From an uncultured candidatus Porisulfidus sp. (GTDB lineage: Bacteria; Pseudomonadota; Gammaproteobacteria; Poriferisulfidales; Oxydemutatoraceae), in assembly GCA_965215125.1 (NCBI GenBank), contig OZ244052.1, positions 1,536,001-1,600,000 on the forward strand: a stretch of DNA of 64,000 bases, read 5' to 3'. The position numbers and the translations under genes are program-made. Positions 49,574 through 61,300 of the stretch are shown here, in pieces; the first letter of the stretch is position 1; each line of letters starts with the position of its first letter. A model generated the notes under the pieces. It searched no databases and was not told the DNA's origin. It worked only from the letters and a program-made list of their open reading frames with translations.

Positions 49574-50826
49574 CTTGTGTCGTAGTCGTCGGCTTGCAAT
49601 GGGGAGATGAGGGCAAAGGTAAAATAGTGGACCACCTCACCGGACATTCCGATGCCGTTGTTCGTTTTCAAGGTGGACATAATGCCGGACATACGATTTA
49701 TGTCGACGGTAAACCACATATACTACATTTGTTACCGTCGGGTGCATTGCACGAAAATATAGAATGTCTTATTTGCAATGGTGTGGTCGTATCTCTACGA
49801 GCCTTGCTCGAGGAGATACGGGAGTTAAGTGCTATCGGTATAGAGGTTGGTTCGCGTCTTCGTGTTTCCGATGCTTGCCCGCTGGTGTTGGAATGTCATC
49901 GTTTACTCGATGCAGCGCGTGAGCGACGACGCGGGAAATCTGCCATAGGCACCACCGCCAAGGGCATAGGTCCGGCTTACGAGGATCGGGCGGCAAGACG
50001 AGCGGTGCGATTGGGAGACCTCCGAGATTGGGACGCTTTTGTGAAGCAAACCGAGGAATTATTCGAATACCACAATTTCGTATTGAAGCACTATTATCAA
50101 TCGCCGACCGCGGATTGTGCAGAGGAACTTGATTTTATACACCAGCACAAGGACAAATTTCTATCGTGGACGGTTTCGATTTCCGATTATCTGCACCGTT
50201 TGATTGGACGAGAAGCGAATGTATTATTTGAGGGTGCACAGGGAACATTGCTTGATATAGATCATGGCACTTATCCCTATGTGACTTCTTCTAATACGAT
50301 TGCCGCCAACGCAAGTTGTAGTGCAGGCATGGCGGCGCAAGACATAGACTATGTATTAGGTATTAGTAAGGCTTATACGACTCGTGTCGGCAACGGCCCC
50401 TTTCCTACCGAATTGGACAACGAGATAGGCGAACATCTATCTACGCACGGTAAAGAAAAAGGAGCGACTACCGGCAGGGATCGGCGTTGTGGATGGCTGG
50501 ATGCCGTCGCCTTAAAACGAGCGATTAAAATAAATGGCGTAAATTATTTATGCTTGACTAAAATAGATGTGCTAACAGGGCTACAAAAGTTGCGGATTTG
50601 TGATAACTATGACCCGATGAGCAACGATTTGTCGAAGTGTAAACCCCATTACATAGAATTGGAAGGTTGGACGGAAACGATACGCGGTATTACTCGTTAT
50701 CGGGATCTCCCCAATCAAGCCCGGCACTATGTAGAATGTATAGAACAGCTGATCGGCATTCCCGTTGATATGGTTTCAACCGGTCCGGGACGGGAAGAGA
50801 ACATCTTGCGCAAAAACATTTTTTAA
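49570..50826 (+). CDS. purA: Adenylosuccinate synthase
   Basis: QWGDEGKGK, GGHNAGHT, GIGPAY, EGAQG, TTGR.RRCGW. Confidence 0.97.
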   Translation: MTCVVVVGLQWGDEGKGKIVDHLTGHSDAVVRFQGGHNAGHTIYVDGKPHILHLLPSGALHENIECLICNGVVVSLRALLEEIRELSAIGIEVGSRLRVSDACPLVLECHRLLDAARERRRGKSAIGTTAKGIGPAYEDRAARRAVRLGDLRDWDAFVKQTEELFEYHNFVLKHYYQSPTADCAEELDFIHQHKDKFLSWTVSISDYLHRLIGREANVLFEGAQGTLLDIDHGTYPYVTSSNTIAANASCSAGMAAQDIDYVLGISKAYTTRVGNGPFPTELDNEIGEHLSTHGKEKGATTGRDRRCGWLDAVALKRAIKINGVNYLCLTKIDVLTGLQKLRICDNYDPMSNDLSKCKPHYIELEGWTETIRGITRYRDLPNQARHYVECIEQLIGIPVDMVSTGPGREENILRKNIF

Positions 50827-50929
50827 CTCATTCCCTTCCCAATTTGTCGTATCTGCACATTACGTTCTCCCTGAATTTAGCACCAATGTTAAAGTTAGTT
50901 TTTCCGATAAACTAGAGAAATTAAAAATA

Positions 50930-51403
50930 TTGCAGGTGGCTCTAAAAATGGGGTAACGTCAGTTATATTCTAAACATGCCGTGCGGTCAACGAAGTATTA
51001 CGATATCAAGAAAGCGCATTGTAAGAGTTGTCAATGGCGAGGGAGTTGTTATTTGGGTGGTGGGAATCATATGTATACCGCCCGAAACAAGTATAAAGAG
51101 GCGATTGAGCGAGTGAGATGTCGACAAAGTAGTGAGGTATTTCAGCAACGGATGACGGAGCGAAGTTGGAAGGTAGAGGGATTATTTGGTGAGGCAAAGG
51201 AACAGCATGGATTGAGGCGGGCAAAACTATAGAGGTTTGGAGAAGGTGCAGATACAAGCCTACTTGATTGGGATAGCTCAGAACCTAAAGAGACTAGCGG
51301 TTTCTTTAGATTTTTATTTCCGCTGGATCAGATTTCAGTTTATCCAAAGATTTTTGTTATTACGGTATAGCTTTCAAGGATGAGGCGGCTTTTTCAACAG
51401 CCT
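50930..51403 (+). mobile_element. IS1182-family transposase 3' remnant (frameshifted) with right terminal repeat
   Basis: C..C..R..C, R..KVEGLFGEAK..HGLRRA, then after a +1 shift YRGLEKVQIQAYL...AQNLKRL; end CTTTTTCAACAGCCT. Confidence 0.8.
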
Positions 51404-51470
51404 TACGACACAACCATCCCGTCGGGCATAGCCTGCCACCCCTCCGAAGGAGGGGAATGGGTACCTCTAC
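51404..51470 (-). repeat. REP-like palindromic repeat abutting the IS end
   Basis: Reverse complement reads CCATTCCCCTCCTTCGGAGGGGTGGCAGGCTATGCCCGACGGGATGGTTGTGTCGTA. Confidence 0.7.
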
Positions 51471-51590
51471 GGTGTGGGTTTTCGAGTTTGTTATATCAAA
51501 AAAATAATATCGTTTACCAAATGCGATTTGCTATAATATCTCATTTTGAACTAATAGTTTTACAGAACCTATTTAATTATTTCTCAAGCA

Positions 51591-52505
51591 ATGCGTCCTC
51601 AATCGGTCATCATTCCTAAATCTGCCACGCACAGTCTTTTCCTGACATTCACTGTTAAGGATAAAAGCAGAAAGTTTGCGTCAACTATTGTTGATATAGA
51701 TAAATATGTAGCCAAGCTAAAAAAAATTGCCCGAGTGAATAACGCGCTGAGTTTCGGTGAGGCATATTGGAAGGCCATTGCTCCTACGCCTGAAGCAATA
51801 CCCAAAGGAATTCGGACTTTCGGTGCTATAGATGGAGATTATCCCGCCCCGGCAACCGGTGGTGATTTATTTTTGCATTTGAATAGCAGATTTACCGATT
51901 TGAACTACGAAGTAGCGCATAATTGGTTGGAACCTCTTAAAAATGAACTACAAATTATCCACGAGCAAGCATGTACACGCTATTTGGATGAAAGGGACTT
52001 GATCGGTTTCATAGACGGTACCGAAAACCCGGAGGATGCAAAAACACGCCGGGAAGTTGCCCTATTAAGTATTTCCGATAGCAATCGGGTACTAGCTGGA
52101 AGTAGCTTCGTTTTTGTTCAAGGTTACAAGCATAAACTTAATAAATGGAAGACACTGACGGTACTACAGCAAGAATATATAATAGGGCGTACCAAAGAAG
52201 CGAGCTTGGAGCTGAGCGAAGACAGAAAGCCGCGTAGTGCGCATATTAGTCGCGTGGTCATAAAAGAAGATGGCGAGGAACTTGAGATTGTGCGTCATAG
52301 CATGCCGTATTTTAGTGTCAAAGGTGCAAAAGGATTGATATTTATCGCATACACGAAGGATTTAGACATCATAGAAAAAATGTTGGCGCGCATGTACGGC
52401 AAAGCGGATAAGCTACATGACCATCTAATGGATTATACCGCGCCTACGACCGGTGCGATGTTTTTCACACCTTCCAAAGAGTTGCTTGACTCACTTAAAA
52501 TTTGA
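51591..52505 (+). CDS. Dyp-type peroxidase
   Basis: PAT.GD...H, RDL.GF.DGTENP, IGRTK, AHI.R, I.RHSMPY, GL.F.AY. Confidence 0.93.
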   Translation: MRPQSVIIPKSATHSLFLTFTVKDKSRKFASTIVDIDKYVAKLKKIARVNNALSFGEAYWKAIAPTPEAIPKGIRTFGAIDGDYPAPATGGDLFLHLNSRFTDLNYEVAHNWLEPLKNELQIIHEQACTRYLDERDLIGFIDGTENPEDAKTRREVALLSISDSNRVLAGSSFVFVQGYKHKLNKWKTLTVLQQEYIIGRTKEASLELSEDRKPRSAHISRVVIKEDGEELEIVRHSMPYFSVKGAKGLIFIAYTKDLDIIEKMLARMYGKADKLHDHLMDYTAPTTGAMFFTPSKELLDSLKI

Positions 52506-52517
52506 AAAGGATAAACA

Positions 52518-53795
52518 TTGCCCGATAAAAAGCAAGGATTTGCGACACGAGCGATACACGCCGGAGCTAAACCCGACTCTGCAACCGGTGCGCGTATCAC
52601 GCCGATACATCAATCGACTGCGTTTGTATTTGAAAACGTAGATCACGCAGCAAAACTATTCAACTTGGAGGCCGAAGGATTTATTTATTCTCGGTTAACG
52701 AACCCTACGGTTGATGTCTTGCAGAAGAGACTTGCCGATTTAGAGGGTGGAGTGGCTTCGGTATGCACCGCCTCGGGACATTCGGCTCAGTTATTGGCAT
52801 TGTTTGCATTGATGGAGGCCGGTGATAATTTCGTTGCGTCTAAAAAACTCTACGGTGGTTCAATCAACCAATTCGGCTATTCGTTCCGGCGTTTCGGGTG
52901 GCAAGTCAAATTTGTAGATCCCGACGATCCCGAAAATTTTCGTAAAGAGATAGACCAACACACCAAGGCTATTTTCACCGAAACAATCGCCAATCCCGGA
53001 GGTGTCGTATGCGATATAGAGGCAATTAGCAAGGTTGCCCACGAAGCCGGTATCCCGTGCATTACCGACAATACGCTTGCAACACCTGCGTTGATGCGAC
53101 CTATAGAATACGGTGCCGATATTGTCGTACATTCAACGACGAAGTTTTTATCCGGTCATGGCAATGCGATGGGGGGTGGGGTAATCGACGGCGGTAATTT
53201 TGATTGGAAGCAAAACGATAAATTCCACGCCCTTAGTAAACCCTGTGCCGCTTATCACGGTGTATGTTTTACGGAAAACTTCGGTAATGCTGCCTATGCG
53301 ATATATACCTTAGCGGTGAGCTTGAGGGACTTAGGTCCGACGATGGCACCGTTGAATGCGTATCTGACGATTACCGGTATTGAAACCTTACCGTTGCGCA
53401 TGGCAAAACACAGTGCTAACGCTTTAGAAGTTGCACAGTGGCTAGAAAATAATCCTGCTGTCGTAGCAGTTTCTTATGCCGGTTTACCGTCCAGTCCTTA
53501 TTATGAATTAGCGCAAAAATATTGTCCTGCGGGCAGTGGTTCGGTTTTTACTTTTAGCCTCAAAGGAGGTTATCAGGCTGGAGTTAAACTGGTGGAGCAG
53601 AGTACGCTATTCTCTCATTTGGCGAATATAGGCGACACACGCTCTTTGATAACACATCCTGCGTCTACCACCCACCGTCAACTGTCCGAAGAACATAAAA
53701 TATCGGCAGGTGCCGGACCCGAAGTCGTAAGACTGTCTATAGGACTGGAAGACCCCTCGGATATCATTGCGGATTTAGAGCAGGCTTTTAGATAG
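52518..53795 (+). CDS. metY: O-acetylhomoserine aminocarboxypropyltransferase/cysteine synthase
   Basis: FAT.AIHAG, IYSRL.NPT, HS.TKF.SGHG, HLANIGD.RSL..HPASTTH.QL. Confidence 0.92.
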   Translation: MPDKKQGFATRAIHAGAKPDSATGARITPIHQSTAFVFENVDHAAKLFNLEAEGFIYSRLTNPTVDVLQKRLADLEGGVASVCTASGHSAQLLALFALMEAGDNFVASKKLYGGSINQFGYSFRRFGWQVKFVDPDDPENFRKEIDQHTKAIFTETIANPGGVVCDIEAISKVAHEAGIPCITDNTLATPALMRPIEYGADIVVHSTTKFLSGHGNAMGGGVIDGGNFDWKQNDKFHALSKPCAAYHGVCFTENFGNAAYAIYTLAVSLRDLGPTMAPLNAYLTITGIETLPLRMAKHSANALEVAQWLENNPAVVAVSYAGLPSSPYYELAQKYCPAGSGSVFTFSLKGGYQAGVKLVEQSTLFSHLANIGDTRSLITHPASTTHRQLSEEHKISAGAGPEVVRLSIGLEDPSDIIADLEQAFR

Positions 53796-53887
53796 GCTAC
53801 TGTATTTATTCCTCTCCTGTGAAATCCGCACAAGGTCACGTCATTTGTTTTTGACATACACATTGTTTTTAACGAACGCAGTATTTA

Positions 53888-54026
53888 GATTTTGTACGAG
53901 GCGCACCACTCTGCCTCTGATATTCGTATTATTTCTAACAGCTATAAATAGTTGAATCTTGCATAACTTGACATTCCTTGTGCTACTGCAACGAGGAACG
54001 GTTATTTGGAGCAAGTGGCGATTCTA
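53888..54026 (-). repeat. Diverged copy of the left part of the 1692-1987 element
   Basis: Reverse complement TAGAATCGCCACTTGCTCCAAATAACCGTTCCTCGTTGCAGTAGCACAAGGAA... aligns with 1692-1830. Confidence 0.7.
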
Positions 54027-54097
54027 TTTTCGTGTAATATAATAAAAGACAATAATTCGTAAAGAAATGATTGAACCAACCCTCTTTTCACAAGGCA

Positions 54098-55462
54098 ATG
54101 CGTAAATACAGAAGAGAAAAAGATAGCTTGGGCGAGGTCGAAGTACCCGAGGATAAGTTATACGGAGCTCAAACCCAACGAGCGGTAGATAATTTTCCGA
54201 TTAGTGGTTTGTCTATGCCGTCTGCTTTTATACGCGCGTTGGGATTAATTAAATATAGCTGTGCCGAAAGTAATGCGCATTTAGGATTGTTGGATAGCAA
54301 GATTGCGGAGGCAATCGCACAAGCTGCCACAGAGGTCGCTGCGAATAAACACGATACACATTTTCCCGTAGATGTATTTCAGACCGGGTCCGGTACCAGT
54401 TCGAATATGAACGCCAACGAGGTCATCGCCAAGCTCGCTTCCGAGCTCTCCGGTTCGGCCATACACCCCAACGACCATGTCAATATGAGTCAAAGTTCTA
54501 ACGATGTGATACCGACGGCGATACACCTGAGTGCCGGTTTGTTGATTGAGGAGGAATTAAAACCGGCGTTGCAACATTTAGCAGATTGTATCGCTAACAA
54601 AGCGAATGAAGTCTCGGATAAGCTAACGACCGGGCGTACCCATTTGATGGATGCGATGCCGATCGGCTTAAAGCAGGAATTGAGCGGCTGGGAAGCGCAA
54701 GTACGCTATGCGATTGAACGCGTCGACTCAGCAATGCAAAGGCTTTGTGAATTGGCTCAAGGTGGTACTGCGGTCGGCACCGGTGTAAATTGTCCCGACG
54801 GGTTTGCCGATTCATTCTGTAGTATTTTATCCGAGCAAACCGGAATAGCTTTTGTTTCCAAGCCGAATAAGTTTGAAGCACTCGGCACTCAAGATGCGGC
54901 AGTGGAATGTAGCGGACAACTGAAGACTGCCGCCGTCGGTCTTACGAAGATTGCCAATGACCTGCGTTGGATGAACTCCGGCCCGCTGGCAGGCTTAGGC
55001 GAGATTACTCTGCCCGTATTGCAACCCGGTAGTAGCATTATGCCGGGTAAAGTGAATCCGGTTATTCCCGAGGCGGTTGCGATGGTTTGCGCTCAAGTCA
55101 TAGGCAACGATGCTACGATTACGATTGCCGGGCAAGCAGGCAATTTTCAACTCAACGTGATGTTGCCGGTTATTGCATATAACCTGTTGCAAAGTATCGA
55201 TTTGTTGAGCAATGCCGCGCACGTATTAGCCGACAAGGCGATTGCCGATTTTGTGGTCAACGAAGATACCTTGAAGTCCGCCTTAGAGAGAAATCCGATA
55301 TTGGTTACCGCCCTCAATAGAGTAATAGGCTATGAGAAAGGTGCAGCGATTGCCAAGCAGGCGTATCGCGAACGTCGTCCGATCCTTGATGTCGTTTTAG
55401 AGCAAACCGATCTGAGCAGAGAAGAAGCACAGACGCTGTTGGATCCTGCCAAACTTATCTAA
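54098..55462 (+). CDS. fumC: Class II fumarate hydratase
   Basis: QTGSGTSSNMNANE, GRTHLMDA, GSSIMPGKVNP. Confidence 0.96.
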   Translation: MRKYRREKDSLGEVEVPEDKLYGAQTQRAVDNFPISGLSMPSAFIRALGLIKYSCAESNAHLGLLDSKIAEAIAQAATEVAANKHDTHFPVDVFQTGSGTSSNMNANEVIAKLASELSGSAIHPNDHVNMSQSSNDVIPTAIHLSAGLLIEEELKPALQHLADCIANKANEVSDKLTTGRTHLMDAMPIGLKQELSGWEAQVRYAIERVDSAMQRLCELAQGGTAVGTGVNCPDGFADSFCSILSEQTGIAFVSKPNKFEALGTQDAAVECSGQLKTAAVGLTKIANDLRWMNSGPLAGLGEITLPVLQPGSSIMPGKVNPVIPEAVAMVCAQVIGNDATITIAGQAGNFQLNVMLPVIAYNLLQSIDLLSNAAHVLADKAIADFVVNEDTLKSALERNPILVTALNRVIGYEKGAAIAKQAYRERRPILDVVLEQTDLSREEAQTLLDPAKLI

Positions 55463-55476
55463 AAAGCCTTTCCATT

Positions 55477-55551
55477 GGGTGGTTGTGTCGTATCTGAAAA
55501 AGTTAATTCCCTTCCTTCGGAGAGGCGGACTTATCTGTCCGCCCGCCCCTA
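55477..55551. repeat. REP-like repeat between convergent fumC and acnA
   Basis: GGGTGGTTGTGTCGTATCTG...TTCCCTTCCTTCGGAGAGGCGGAC...GTCCGCCCGCCCCTAC. Confidence 0.55.
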
Positions 55552-55582
55552 CAGTGAGTGTCGTAATTCGGTGCGTGAACTG

Positions 55583-58204
55583 CTAAGCGGCGAGCCGGCG
55601 TAGCACATAGTGCAGAATCCCGCCGTTGTCGTAATAATCTTGCTCTTGCGGGGTATCTATGCGGATGCGTACCTTAAAGGTTCTGCTTTGCCGATTTTCG
55701 TCCTCCACACCGACATCGGCGGTGCCGTCTTTATTGGTGCGAATTGTATAAATTTCATTTCCCTCCAGACCTAGAGATTGGGCACTGTCGCCTTCTAAAA
55801 ATTGTAGAGGCAATATGCCCATCCCGATCAAGTTGGTTCTGTGTATGCGTTCGAAACTTTCGGCGATGACCGCCCGAACACCTTGCAGTCTAGGTCCCTT
55901 TGCCGCCCAGTCGCGCGACGAACCGCTACCGTATTCTTTGCCGGCGATGACGATAGTCGGTACCGACTCTTGCAGATAGCGCATCGCCGCATCGTAAATA
56001 GTCATCTGTTCTTTAGACGGGAAATGAAGCGTATAACCTCCCTCTACATTCGGCACTAATCGGTTGCGTAGGCGGATATTGGCAAATGTGCCTCTAACCA
56101 TCACTTCGTGGTTGCCTCGCCTTGAACCGTAGGAATTAAAGTCTTGCACTTGAACGCCTTGAGATTGCAAGTATGATCCCGCCGGGCTATCGGGTGCAAT
56201 TGCACCGGCCGGCGAGATATGGTCGGTGGTTACCGAGTCGCCCAAGATAGCAAGCACCCTTGCGTTCTCAATCGGTGCCGGTTGTTGCACCTCTAAAGAG
56301 AGATTTTCAAAATACGGCGGGTGCGCAACATAAGTAGAGTCCGCCCAATCGTAAAGCGTATCGGCAGTGCTTTCTAATTCACGCCAATCTTCGGTGCCGT
56401 CGAATATCCCGGAATAAATAGCCCTGAATTGGTCCGCCGACAATGCTTGTTTGAGTAGTGTATCGAGTTCTAGGCGGTTCGGCCAAATATCTTTTAGAAA
56501 GACCGGTTGTCCTTGTTCGTTGATAGCTAAAGGTTCTTTATATAAATCTATATCCATCGTGCCGGCGAGTGCATAGGCAATTACCAACGGCGGAGAAGCG
56601 AGGTAATTCAGTTGCACTTGTGCGTGTATACGTCCCTCAAAGTTTCTATTTCCGGACAACACTGCACTTGCCGTTAGCTTGTGTTCTTTGACCGCATTGG
56701 CAATCACTTCGGGCAAGGGACCCGAGTTTCCTATGCATGTGGTGCAACCATAGCCTACGTTATAAAAGCCGAGTGCTTGCAATGCATCCATCAGTTTTGC
56801 GCTTTGCAGATAATCGGTGACGACACGCGAACCGGGAGCAAGCGATGTCTTAACCCACGGCTTGACCTTAAGTCCGAGTGCGGCAGCTTTTTTAGCGAGC
56901 AGTCCCGCCGACAGCATCACCGAAGGGTTTGAAGTGTTGGTGCATGAGGTAATCGCAGCGATGGCAACGAAACCGTCGCGCAAAGTTACTTGCTCGCCGG
57001 CTATCTCAATATCGGCATGCTTGGACGCAGGGTTGATTTTTTTAAGGGCTTCGCGACATTTTTCCTGTGCAAGGTTTAACGGTATGCGATCTTGCGGACG
57101 CTTCGGTCCGGCAAGGCTCGGCACGACTTCGTTTAGGTCAAGGCTGATCGTCTTATCGTATTGCAACTTATTTTCATCGTTGCGCCATAAACCGCATTGC
57201 TTGGCATAGGCTTCTATCAAGGCGATCTCGTCGGTGGTGCGACCGCTCAAAGATAGGTAGTCTAAGGTCTCTTGGTCTATAGGAAAGATGCCGCAGGTTG
57301 CACCGTATTCCGGTGCCATGTTGGCGATGGTTGCGCGGTCTCCCAGCGACAATTCATTCAAGCCGTCGCCGTAGAACTCTACAAACTTGCCTACTACGCC
57401 TAGTTTGCGCAACATTTCTACGACCGTCAACACTAGGTCGGTTGCGGTTGAACCTTCGGGTAATTTCCCGTGTAGCTCAAAGCCTACGACCTCGGGGATT
57501 AGCATAGAGATGGGCTGCCCCAACATAGAGGCTTCGGCTTCTATGCCGCCCACACCCCACCCCAACACGCCGATGCCGTTTATCATCGTAGTATGCGAAT
57601 CGGTTCCTACTAACGTATCGGGGTACGCTAATTTTTCACTTCGATCTTCGTTCACGAAGATAACCCGCGCCAGATATTCCAGATTGACCTGATGTACGAT
57701 GCCGGAACCGGGCGGTACGACCTTGAAGTTGGAGAATGCTTTTTGTCCCCACTTCAGAAAATTATAACGTTCGCGGTTACGCTGAAATTCTATTTTTGTA
57801 TTGAGGTCTAGAGCTTTGTCGTTGCCGAATTTATCTACCTGAACCGAGTGATCTATGACGAGTTCGGTAGGCTGCAAAGGGTTGATTTTATCGGGGTCTA
57901 GTCCCAAACGATGCATTGCCGCTCGCATCGCTGCAAGGTCTACCACCGCCGGCACACCGGTAAAATCTTGCATCAATACCCGTGCCGGGCGATAGGCGAT
58001 TTCTTTGTTCTCGCCTTTTCTATCGAGCAAAGCCTGTATATCCGTTTTATTCACGGTGTTTCCGTCTTCGTAGCGCAATAAATTTTCTAATAAAATTTTC
58101 AAGCAGAACGGCAAACTGTGCGCCTGCTCGAGCCGCGATATATCAAAGATAGTATAAGAATCGTTGCCCACCTCAAGAGTCGTTTTAGTATCAAAGCTGT
58201 TCAT
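55583..58204 (-). CDS. acnA: Aconitate hydratase A
   Basis: [53 protein letters not shown]; start placed at ATG 58204. Confidence 0.97.
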   Translation of the reverse strand: MNSFDTKTTLEVGNDSYTIFDISRLEQAHSLPFCLKILLENLLRYEDGNTVNKTDIQALLDRKGENKEIAYRPARVLMQDFTGVPAVVDLAAMRAAMHRLGLDPDKINPLQPTELVIDHSVQVDKFGNDKALDLNTKIEFQRNRERYNFLKWGQKAFSNFKVVPPGSGIVHQVNLEYLARVIFVNEDRSEKLAYPDTLVGTDSHTTMINGIGVLGWGVGGIEAEASMLGQPISMLIPEVVGFELHGKLPEGSTATDLVLTVVEMLRKLGVVGKFVEFYGDGLNELSLGDRATIANMAPEYGATCGIFPIDQETLDYLSLSGRTTDEIALIEAYAKQCGLWRNDENKLQYDKTISLDLNEVVPSLAGPKRPQDRIPLNLAQEKCREALKKINPASKHADIEIAGEQVTLRDGFVAIAAITSCTNTSNPSVMLSAGLLAKKAAALGLKVKPWVKTSLAPGSRVVTDYLQSAKLMDALQALGFYNVGYGCTTCIGNSGPLPEVIANAVKEHKLTASAVLSGNRNFEGRIHAQVQLNYLASPPLVIAYALAGTMDIDLYKEPLAINEQGQPVFLKDIWPNRLELDTLLKQALSADQFRAIYSGIFDGTEDWRELESTADTLYDWADSTYVAHPPYFENLSLEVQQPAPIENARVLAILGDSVTTDHISPAGAIAPDSPAGSYLQSQGVQVQDFNSYGSRRGNHEVMVRGTFANIRLRNRLVPNVEGGYTLHFPSKEQMTIYDAAMRYLQESVPTIVIAGKEYGSGSSRDWAAKGPRLQGVRAVIAESFERIHRTNLIGMGILPLQFLEGDSAQSLGLEGNEIYTIRTNKDGTADVGVEDENRQSRTFKVRIRIDTPQEQDYYDNGGILHYVLRRLAA

Positions 58205-58373
58205 AGTCCGATTGATTGTTGTAATGTATGGATTTTTAATATTCCTGTATGATTGTTTTTGCAAACAATGGAAATAATAACGGTTATTATGCCCTATTTG
58301 CCGAGTTGTGACAATGCCGTCCGGCATTCTCCCCTCAAAGAGGGGCAGGTGACCGTGTCGTGTCCAATTTTAG

Positions 58374-61300
58374 TTATCGTACAGGACCTTCTAAAAACAG
58401 TCTGGTACGGACGAGTAGCGATTTGACTTTGGATCTGTTTAGCGTGATAGTGTATTCTCTTGTTCCGCGCATACTTGAACGGGAATGTGGTTCTACTTTA
58501 ATCACGATAGTTGCACTATCCTCGTCGCTCATGAGTGTGTGAATGAAAGAGGTACTGCTTGTCAATTCTTGGAAGTTTTGGGTGCCTATTTTGTAGCTGA
58601 TAGTATGGCTTGTGTTATTTGCGACGGGGGTTAATCTAATCCGAATGGTTCCTACATTAAATTCCGCCTCGTATTCTAAAACTTCGGGATCAAATCTCCG
58701 GTTCAATTCTATCTGTCTATATATTATGACATCGCCGCTGTTGCTACTTTCCTCAAGTTCCAATGCCACCAGAGTAGGTTGCTGACCGCCCAATATCGGT
58801 CCACAATCGGGTAATTCGGTATTAGGATTTGTATCGCATTGAGGGTCACCTGTGGGGGCGAAGCCTTTTCCGTATCCGAGTATAGGATATTCATTGTTCG
58901 TGCCGAAGTCCCAATCTTCGGTAGACCACTCACTATATATCCCGGTTGTCGTTGTGGGTGCTTTAAGTTGTGTGGCCGACCGTCCCACCGAGCCGTTTAA
59001 TTTGTATCTATCTTCAATGGTTATATTTCCTCGTCCTACATCAGGAAGTTCGCTGCCGTCGTTTTGCCAATAACTTGCATTTGCAGTAGCTGAACCGCTA
59101 TCGTAGTTGCCGATTAGACCCCCTAAGACGGAGGTTGTAGAAGTTCCTATAACCAGACTCGTTGTATAGCTGTTACGCAGTATGTCATCATTTCCCATAG
59201 TGCCGATTAAACCGCCCAAGTTTGTATGTCCCGATACGACACCGCTGGAATAAGTGTTTGCGATAGCACTTCTTAGTCCTGTATGACGACCTATCAACCC
59301 GCCTAGGTTTTGACTATTGTCCCCGCCACCTTGAACATTGCCGGTTGCAAAACTGTTGGAAATTCTAGGAGTTGGATCTCCGGAATCAGGGTTATCATTT
59401 GATCCGACCAGTCCCCCTACATTGAGGATACCGGAGACATTGCCGGCTGCGAAACTATTGTAAATATGGTTTCTGTTAGTGCCGACCAATCCGCCTACAT
59501 CGGTGATATTTTCTCCTACAATGTCGCCGGTTGCATAACTACCGTTAATTGTTCCTTGGTTGACACCGACCAGCCCGCCTAATCCACCTAAATAAGGTTC
59601 GACCGTTAACCTTAACCTTCTTACTAAATCTCCGCTACCGACTATCGCAACATATGCATGGCTATTGATAATACGTCCTCTGCTAAGATTAATACCGACG
59701 AGGCCGCCTATCTGATTATCTTCCGAAATCCGATCTGGTATGCGGAGCCCGGTTATTGAACCGCGCGCATAACTATTAAGAATCAAACCGGCATTGCTTG
59801 CCACCAATCCACCTATCGCAGCGAGTCCTTGTATATTTGCATCTAATAGCCCCAGGTTCTGAATTTTGCCGTCCTCCGTCAGGTGATTAAATAGAGCTAC
59901 GAATAATGAAGTTGGAGAATTTATAAACAGGTTGGATATTGTCAAGTCGTTTCCTTCAAAGGTCGTGCTAAGACCACCGTCCAGCCCACCAATCGGTTGC
60001 CAACCTGTATTAGTACGCCATGTATTCATGTTCGTGCTGTCGCTGTAATGTTCGGGTTCGCCGAAGTTTAAGTCTCTGTCTAATTCGTAGCCGCTGCAAC
60101 GATTTTCTATACAACCGAAGGTGACTTTAGTAGTCAAACTGTTGCTGGTGTTATAAGCACTGCCGTCTAATTGATAGCGAATCGCATCTAAATCCTCCAA
60201 GTAGTAAATCTCTATCAGATTGTCGCCGTCATCGTCGGCTTTTATCCTAAACGGGCCTATTCGTGTTGTCACCGTATGGTTTTGGGCATCGGTGTGTGTT
60301 ATTAGCACGCGATAGCGAGTACTGCCTGGAGTATTATTCGGTATGACGAAGGTGTTGGTGCTAACATCACTAAGATCTATCCAGTCAATGCCCAATTTTC
60401 TTTCTTGCCATTGATATGTGAAATCTCGGTCTCCGTCGCCGTCCGGATCGGTTTTTACTCGGACGGTGATGGTGGTGGTACTTATTTCTGTTTCTATATC
60501 GGGAGGCCCGTTATCTGTGCGATTGACTCTCAATACCGTACTACGGCTGGTTGAGGAACCGTCACCGTCGTCAACTCTCAGTATGAATGTGATGTCACGA
60601 TTGTCACCGGTTCCTACGAAATTTTCGGGTATCTTAAAACTTAAGGTAGGGGCGTTTAGTTCTGACACGCTTGTCGGGTCATCTAGAGAGTGTGTCCACG
60701 CATGGTCATAGGGTTCGGTGCCGCCGGTGACTACGGGTGTCAAAGTAATCGTGCTTCCCTCGTTGACCGTGCCATCTTCGTTCGCAGGTTCAATGCTGAA
60801 TGTTTCGGATATTGAAAGGTTGGGACCGGGGACTATGAGTGTATAAAGTGTACTAATATCTTCATCTATAACTTCAATGGTTAAAATTCTTACTGTATCT
60901 CTTAATACAATTTCTTCGCTTGCGTCCCCGCTACTTCTATTGCTGAAATAATTGATGTCTTCTCCTCGTTCGGTAATGGTAATCGTTGCGTTGTCACCGT
61001 TGACTGCGAACGGCAGGATTTGAAATTTATCCGAGTCTAGGTCGGGGATAATATAATCGTAGATCAAAGACGAGAAAGACCGGTTGCGAAATCTCAAATC
61101 TTTATTGCTTATCTCGCCGTTTTCCAGTAAAAATAAAGCACTCAGCCCGCTGTTACGTTGATTGGGTAACAGGGTGCCGCATTGCGGCAACGAGGTTTGA
61201 GGGTCGGTATCGCATGTGTCTGCCGTCGCAGAACCAAAGATTGTGACGGCACTAAAAGGAAAGTTTTCATAATTGATAGGACCTGCGTGGCGGAGGGCAG

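Noticed and set aside
51591-52505. Dyp peroxidase as encapsulin cargo
   Set aside because: No C-terminal GSL.IGSL-type targeting extension and no encapsulin gene adjacent
58205-58327. N-terminal extensions in the ORF track for acnA (also rnt, lptC, ychF, leuC and the SLT gene)
   Set aside because: Family similarity starts at downstream start codons; the extensions overlap neighbouring genes or repeats
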